Positions 60,101-64,000 of a stretch of DNA of 64,000 nucleotides are shown piece by piece (the stretch's first letter is position 1; each line of letters starts with the position of its first letter). A model generated the notes under the pieces. That model made no database searches. It saw nothing but the letters and a program-made list of their open reading frames with translations, and was not told the origin of the DNA. The position numbers and the translations under genes are program-made. The stretch spans positions 1 to 64,000 of the IMG/VR virus record IMGVR_UViG_3300043436_001797, one strand, 5' to 3'. Source of the DNA: a virus.

Positions 60101-61033
60101 GATAATTACGGGCATAATGTACTTTATGATCCAGAAGATGAAGTGTTTAAATTTATAGATTTATCTCCGGAGGCTAACTCTAATATGAGTGATTTTTGGA
60201 GTGAACATGTGATTGATAATATAAACTCTAAAATGCCTAGAGAAAAACAACTAACAGGTATTAAAGGAGCTATTCTTAACCAAATAGATAATAATGTAAA
60301 CATTAATATTGAAAAAGCTATGAAGGATCTTCCTGAAGATGCTGATTTGGAATATGCTGACAAATTAAGAATTGGGATGGAGTTATTGGGTCAAGCTAAA
60401 AAGAATAGAGTAAAAAGAGAATTAGAAAAAGCAGGTTATAAAAAACTAGGTGGGTGGCTTGATAAATATCAAATAAAAGGTGAAGTAACTCCTCCTGCTA
60501 ATCTCCCTTGGATTAATGGTGCAAGCATACCTCAAAAGCAATCGGTAGAGCAACAAGTTAATGCTTGGTTAGGTGAACCAATGAAAAGAGCTGCAGAGGA
60601 AGCGGAGAGAAGAGCTGAACAAGGGGAAGATGCAGGTGACTCTTTTAGACACTCTAATGCAGGTAGATTAACTCGTGAAGAGCTAGAAAAAAAGTTTCCT
60701 GAACTTATGTTGTATACAGGTATTCCACAAGTTGCATCATTCTTAGGAGCTACAGCTTTAGGTATTGGTCATGAGGTAGTAGCACCTAATAGATCTCCGG
60801 ATTATTCTTGGTGGGATACAGCTAGAGAAGCAGGAGAAGACATTATCAACAATACCATAGGAGCAACGGGTTTATTTTCAGAAGAAGATCTTTATAACAT
60901 GTATCTGAACAACCAATTACCTGATGGATATGGTAAAGGAAATATGTACTTCAAACAGAAAAAAGGAGGAGAAATGTCCCCAAGTATGGGATATTTTAAC
61001 TATATTGGTGGATATAGGGGTATGTTGCCTTAA
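54098..61033 (+). CDS. Modular cargo/effector polyprotein (2311 aa)
   Basis: Six [WQ]L[DN]KYQ linkers, five directly preceded by KxGG. GH108-like, ART-like, kinase-like and DUF6973-like segments. Confidence 0.7.
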   Translation: MKVSKTGYKKNSKDKNEPSLLIPSNRITMKGVEFPVYGIDDTGYSQMMYPGLDYSFPGSYVYELPMAKEGGYILPGRYKNPEGNWLNKYQSDKKSGQVKNYWTWNPKATSERDSIQNIAGNILNYEILRGGPGGSPLTYYSDPEYMNTLMNDIYPQVKKMMPNATPVEMGEAMDLIFNSGWDKSNKKILVDPRAYAIQEYYRVHDKSKLDKEGNWAGRKATPGTFDSEYANTVGKLSENERRIMMNKGRDWFYQHRAPKGSTWDLKTQGAYPDYGATWYGRIWNTNDYAPFNPNNPKFIYPYKTGGEKWLDKYQGKTSASEVSSLKEESYRTPWWNPENSSEWNPAWTSDPIRQNAQAEFPGTYVLPTVEITDEKPQRFKDQETAAVVRQVLPDRTILSASDDPEKTYEDFINSSRNYRNAKLNDTLIDITDKPMGWFTFNTIPGEKYTDILGNNYIEVNRGGTGKPEDYAKNWKTRMQDPKDTFRNSDYAEDAGSYYHSKDIPAFYGIENNKFKVGNPGDFKDDTVIVPVRNSTTPYSKVEVEKGLFKDNLYTYDKDGNKIWNLRNKQKFLVHSPVTNRTIFISKDSYENQNSKESYATTKKSLDDFSKNNPDAYIISLDEGRFRAYMNSPEGLDDESFKTWNAFSGTVLHNYLEGLGKEAVDHGPGTSGSPLYSPVGDERYGYNLGILKQKHGGWLDKYQSKTTSGSVSKSGPRIENLPLQKVDNKLEIAYDGSTVYLRKIGEDKFTTLSPEKSKAFIQKYQEHIPPSYSKVEEQKKKQAAYNAKVAAEKKEMDELLKYTPLKLTKEEKDRVLKESKDARAELAEKSWLDTAWDATKSAYESLPDVSDFTNAVKGAYESLPDAENVIKLMNLSNEATKLAAAYAWNYKIPENDIPGLRSFGELSPKEIYQSFENRFIEKNFGEDTPTGESNIEELNLMSEEDVTSGTSDMEQLNKSRAKYGPQRLPARRDSRGNMLPSYQPIGGNDSLARFSYTFNNDILGADTLPPTHFVTPKVKELTGNPSRPRKWENAFAVGDFLRDADITENQFYHPDKYYVGTSLSALRNSDLGIKSNKLISASNQLLNDPEKYWAVYKWDPENPAAAWVRYMKTNEIKSKKDQLEKQGWHLDMPVSGQHRFDDVDWEGKGSDTGYKADSEWVPLKKGAKNIKSQKDVNHTYIPQGTKKGQDKTSYNLFSGGSITFVWTDPETNEKLASTVAGSVSDMKQYGEKLKKDYGLKEGDLDIIYHDTGSYSAKPAAKNGTLYYDQWKDFNAYNKGYSGAALIVPTQNWLENWTPNKKEGGQLDKYQSENTGAIKKGWHQKVYNDPIAFAKANKAFNDSLNLSKRSYELLKDIAPNSSYKSNIPYEDVHWTADGPGGYFIDNVDFGRQFLGLNYLTDTNFRIPGTKEQLILEEAFSKRIKPIGFNTTDVPVPIYKLPTEEPVYEELKNLPYLDAKLERPDFNLDIGKPPVKSQGIRIRPMMTADQATSTGQYQSGKYMWDPETKSWKVKMLSPETQQENRKEVRIGIKKNGGWLDKYQDGKEVNKPVSATWSDEFGTYMLPEVTVKPSISPEATRAILNREAGMSISPAPSAVDRRVAQTQYMLSNPLDALGHYSRYGYVPQGNLGNYGMREKSSPVGQLLMDFNPYNWANAAYRAAIRGGDPDTYTTVPGAINMGADLAEALPVISELGPLLKGAKSATGEAGKYLTAKTPLKYTYRLNPEARGSVFKPWDNSMGYRVVNQEGYDDAVKSFLVRSNPKGDNTLFSRPTGFPSFAKGKPSKNFFKTDNTPHYIMETDIPLYARGEANPVTGIPIKSSHGAARPIDPITGETLTSFPIEDLNAIYSAQPHWLKGYQRVWQSPKNIQELGNLTLGKNIATSGAFNRGVYELPDYPGYLLKYEDTDLVRNMALRDIDDLNFADLQMNLNSSNVGKVIKHFKKQTHPIDPMLAGRDMEGYLLRRMQGKPLATLQLDRLKDIPESAFIQYAKDYDNLVQQKLAMDNYGHNVLYDPEDEVFKFIDLSPEANSNMSDFWSEHVIDNINSKMPREKQLTGIKGAILNQIDNNVNINIEKAMKDLPEDADLEYADKLRIGMELLGQAKKNRVKRELEKAGYKKLGGWLDKYQIKGEVTPPANLPWINGASIPQKQSVEQQVNAWLGEPMKRAAEEAERRAEQGEDAGDSFRHSNAGRLTREELEKKFPELMLYTGIPQVASFLGATALGIGHEVVAPNRSPDYSWWDTAREAGEDIINNTIGATGLFSEEDLYNMYLNNQLPDGYGKGNMYFKQKKGGEMSPSMGYFNYIGGYRGMLP

Positions 61034-61064
61034 TGATTATCTTTGACTTACAAATAATTCTAGT

Positions 61065-62714
61065 ATGAAAAAAGAATTTTTAAAAATGGCTGGTGTAAAA
61101 ACAGAGCAAGAGTTCTATCGTAAGTATCCTAATGAAAAGGATTTCTTTGAAGCTCATCCAGATGCTTTGAAAAAACTAGCTCGTGGTGGTGAGGCATATC
61201 CACAAACTGCTACTATGGATAACTTCTTTAGTTACGGGGTACCAGTTCCACCTACTTACTATGCACATGGTGGTGCATTCCCTATGGCACAATCAGAGGA
61301 ACAGTTCTTCTCACCTTTCTATGGAAACGTACCTAACCCATACAACAAAGCTATGGGTGGAAGCTCTGAAGCGTATCCTCAGTCAATGTCTTTCCCATAT
61401 GGAAACACTGGCAGAAGCACACACTTTATGATGGAAGACGGTGGGGATATGCCAGAAGAACAAACTCTACCAAAGATGGGAGTCAATGGTAAACTCCTAG
61501 AGTTTGTAGGTACTGTTAAAAATACAGCTGCTAATAAACTAAACAGCAATCTTGCTAAATACGGTAAGGTAAAGAACCCAGAGCAGTATGAGTTTGAGAA
61601 AGCTAAATGGGGAGGTAATCTAAAAGAATATCAGACTAAGGAAACTGCAGGTGGTATTGACGATGTTGAATTGGTTGCTAAAAAAGGTCCAATTTTTGAA
61701 CCGCTGAATCTTCCTAAAGTTGATACTAATTCTGATGTGCCAGGAACCGCTAATTACTATGGAGAATATTCTCAAGGATATGGATCACCCTCTTTTACAA
61801 ATTGTTTTCCTGGAAATCCTAACTGCAATCAAGTATACGGTCAACTTCCTCCAGAATACTATAATGATATAGACTACCTGCGCGGTAGAAGAAGACCGTA
61901 TAGGGACTTTGATATCCGCGGTAAAGGTATGTTTGGTAAATATAGATCGACTGGTTGGTTGAAAGATGAGTATGGTTTAGAAGGACTGAGACAAATGGGG
62001 ATGACAGACATGCAGGAAAGTAATCCTAAATGGTGGCAGTTGTTAAAGCGTCCTACTAAAACATACATTTTTGACAGACAATATCAGCAACAGGGTCCTA
62101 ACGGGGAGTACAAATACAATCCAGTAAAAATTTACGATAAAGATGGAATGCCTGATCATAAAGCTCAAAACGCTTATGAGAATATGCTTAAACCAGGAAA
62201 TGAAAAGGATATGGGATTCTTTGCTAGGATGTTTCATAAATCAGGTAATGTAACTGGTCAAGGAAGAGATGTAATGCCAGGAACACCTTCAGATCCTAAT
62301 GCTGAGATGTCTCCTCAAATGACAAGTGCATTTGATTATAAAGGATATAATCCAAATTACTCTGAAGCAAGAAATCAGATTTTCCAAAATAAAAGACAAA
62401 AAATAGGAAAGCAGCTAGATAAACTTTATCAAAAAAGAGCCGATATGGAGGATATGGGTCTTACTATTTCTGATAAAGATGAGCGTAAAATGAAAAGACT
62501 AGGTAATAGATTTAACCGCAAAGGAACTGGTAAAGGAGTAAACTATAGTTTTGATACTTATGAAGAACCTACACCTGCTCCTGGATTTGCTTATGGTGGA
62601 TATACAACATATGCAAAAGGTGGCTCATACAACGCAGGAGATGTCGTAGATATGACTCCTGAAGAGTTGCAGAGATTTATTGAAATGGGCGGTCAAGTAG
62701 AATTCTTAGACTAA
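61065..62714 (+). CDS. Putative cargo protein with multiple xxxGG motifs
   Basis: LARGG, YAHGG, KAMGG, MEDGG, AKWGG, FAYGG, YAKGG, IEMGG. Confidence 0.7.
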   Translation: MKKEFLKMAGVKTEQEFYRKYPNEKDFFEAHPDALKKLARGGEAYPQTATMDNFFSYGVPVPPTYYAHGGAFPMAQSEEQFFSPFYGNVPNPYNKAMGGSSEAYPQSMSFPYGNTGRSTHFMMEDGGDMPEEQTLPKMGVNGKLLEFVGTVKNTAANKLNSNLAKYGKVKNPEQYEFEKAKWGGNLKEYQTKETAGGIDDVELVAKKGPIFEPLNLPKVDTNSDVPGTANYYGEYSQGYGSPSFTNCFPGNPNCNQVYGQLPPEYYNDIDYLRGRRRPYRDFDIRGKGMFGKYRSTGWLKDEYGLEGLRQMGMTDMQESNPKWWQLLKRPTKTYIFDRQYQQQGPNGEYKYNPVKIYDKDGMPDHKAQNAYENMLKPGNEKDMGFFARMFHKSGNVTGQGRDVMPGTPSDPNAEMSPQMTSAFDYKGYNPNYSEARNQIFQNKRQKIGKQLDKLYQKRADMEDMGLTISDKDERKMKRLGNRFNRKGTGKGVNYSFDTYEEPTPAPGFAYGGYTTYAKGGSYNAGDVVDMTPEELQRFIEMGGQVEFLD

Positions 62715-62719
62715 TTACA

Positions 62720-64000
62720 ATGAAAGTTAGAATCACAAAAGCTCCTAAACTTAGAAAGTATCAAACGGATGTTACACCTGGTCAAGTTATGCCTGCTGCA
62801 ACACCGTCAGACTATAACAACTATAGAGATGCCAGCTGGTTTCAACCATGGGAAGGAGTAGATATGAGTCAGTTTCCCAATGGCATAGATCCAATGGGAG
62901 GAGAGTTTACTACGGGTAAACAGAGATCTCTATATTATACCATAAGAGATGGGAAACAAGAACTCTACCCACCACATCAGAAAGTTGCTCATGCAATGGA
63001 TCACAGGGGAATCTCAGGTATACGTTTTTATCAACGTCCTGGTGATGATGGAGCTGGCAGCAATGGTGGTGATGCAGGATATGGTGACGATGCTGAAATG
63101 GGAGATTCTTATATGGCAGATCCTTATGCAGAAAAGAATGCGTATAGGGCTAAAATGCGGGATGAGTACAATCAATTAAGTACAGAACCGCAAGAAGGTT
63201 TTGAGACATGGTTGCATAATAAGGGAGATTATCTAAATTATTCGGGGTTATCCGGTGATTCAAATCAAACAAGTTTAGAGCAGAAAGATCAAGGTCTTAC
63301 TGATTATAGAACTGGTATGCCGGATTTTAAGTCTGGAAATGGTAGTGGTGCTGGTAGTGGTTTTGGTAATTCTGGTGGCACCGGTTCTACTGGTGGTGCT
63401 GGTTCTGGTCCTGCTGGTCCTACTGGTACTGGTTCTAGTAGCGGTGGTGGTGGTGATTCAGGATCTGTTAATACTATTGGTGGAGGAGGAGGGGGAGGTG
63501 ATTTGAAATCTGCTGGTATGCCGCAAGATCAAGGTTTTCACGGAGTTGTAAAAGAAAAAGGTCGGTCAAAGCTCGGTAAGTTCATTAGAGGTTTAGGACC
63601 TCAAAAGGGAATGGATGCTTACATAAACAGACAAAATGCTAAAGACTTTGTTACGGGATTTGCTGAGTATAAAGGTAAGGTTGATATGGATAAGGAAGCT
63701 GTCAAAGGTTTCCATATGTCGCAACCTATTGCCGCATCTACCCAGGGTACCTTTGATCCCAACAGCATGAACAACTTTACTCCTGGTATGCTAAATACAG
63801 TACCGTCTACAGGAGATTTTGCAATGGCACCTAATATGCCTATGGGTGCATATGGTGGTCAGTTTATGGCATATGGTGGTAGAGTGTTTAATCAGGTAGC
63901 ACCAAATGCTTTACCCGATAGAACATCTGAACCTAGAATAGCAGTATCAAACACACTGCAACCAGTACCTAGAGAGCTTGCTAATATCGAAGCAGAGAAA
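62720..64000 (+). CDS. Cargo protein (crAss cargo-1-like), truncated by the window end; not in the ORF track
   Basis: Manually translated open frame MKVRITKAPKLRKYQTDVTPGQV...GAYGGQFMAYGG...ANIEAEK; Gly/Ser-rich tract at about 63330-63500. Confidence 0.75.
   Translation, partial: MKVRITKAPKLRKYQTDVTPGQVMPAATPSDYNNYRDASWFQPWEGVDMSQFPNGIDPMGGEFTTGKQRSLYYTIRDGKQELYPPHQKVAHAMDHRGISGIRFYQRPGDDGAGSNGGDAGYGDDAEMGDSYMADPYAEKNAYRAKMRDEYNQLSTEPQEGFETWLHNKGDYLNYSGLSGDSNQTSLEQKDQGLTDYRTGMPDFKSGNGSGAGSGFGNSGGTGSTGGAGSGPAGPTGTGSSSGGGGDSGSVNTIGGGGGGGDLKSAGMPQDQGFHGVVKEKGRSKLGKFIRGLGPQKGMDAYINRQNAKDFVTGFAEYKGKVDMDKEAVKGFHMSQPIAASTQGTFDPNSMNNFTPGMLNTVPSTGDFAMAPNMPMGAYGGQFMAYGGRVFNQVAPNALPDRTSEPRIAVSNTLQPVPRELANIEAEK

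Noticed and set aside
61065-62714. Bacteriocin/RiPP double-glycine cluster
   Set aside because: No C39 peptidase-transporter or modification enzymes nearby; the context is virion cargo.
62949-63179. 76-aa ORF from the track
   Set aside because: Out of frame inside the longer ORF starting at 62720.
6151-64000. Stop-codon reassignment, known in some Crassvirales
   Set aside because: Genes are long and tightly packed in the standard code; no fragmentation is seen.

Overview
This window is a 64-kb segment of a crAss-like (Crassvirales-type) Bacteroidota phage, read in the standard genetic code. Positions 1-5706 (minus strand) hold an early/accessory arm: a MoxR AAA+ ATPase with a degenerate vWA partner, acidic-tailed paralogues, structured intergenic stretches and repeated leader motifs. 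A divergent, repeat- and hairpin-rich control region lies at 5707-6150. From 6151 to the end (plus strand) is the late arm: fibre gene, subtilase, lysis cassette, wHTH/IHF-like/PD-(D/E)XK genes, PhoH, terminase, portal, scaffold-like protein, major capsid protein, about 11 tiny Lys-rich ORFs, ring/auxiliary proteins, a roughly 14-kb block of Cys-rich adhesin/fibre genes, tail ring and muzzle genes, and candidate ejected cargo genes. Two candidate systems stand out. (1) A 2311-aa cargo protein is built from enzyme-like cassettes (GH108-like, ART-like, kinase-like, DUF6973-like) separated by a KxGG-WLDKYQ linker. The same GG and KYQ signals recur in neighbouring cargo proteins and the small basic proteins, and TonB-box-like motifs are also present. 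(2) Terminator-linked 3'-UTR elements carry U/G-rich seeds; the best one is perfectly complementary (13-14 nt) to the translation-initiation regions of three late genes. All family assignments come from motif recognition and gene order only; no database searches were run.
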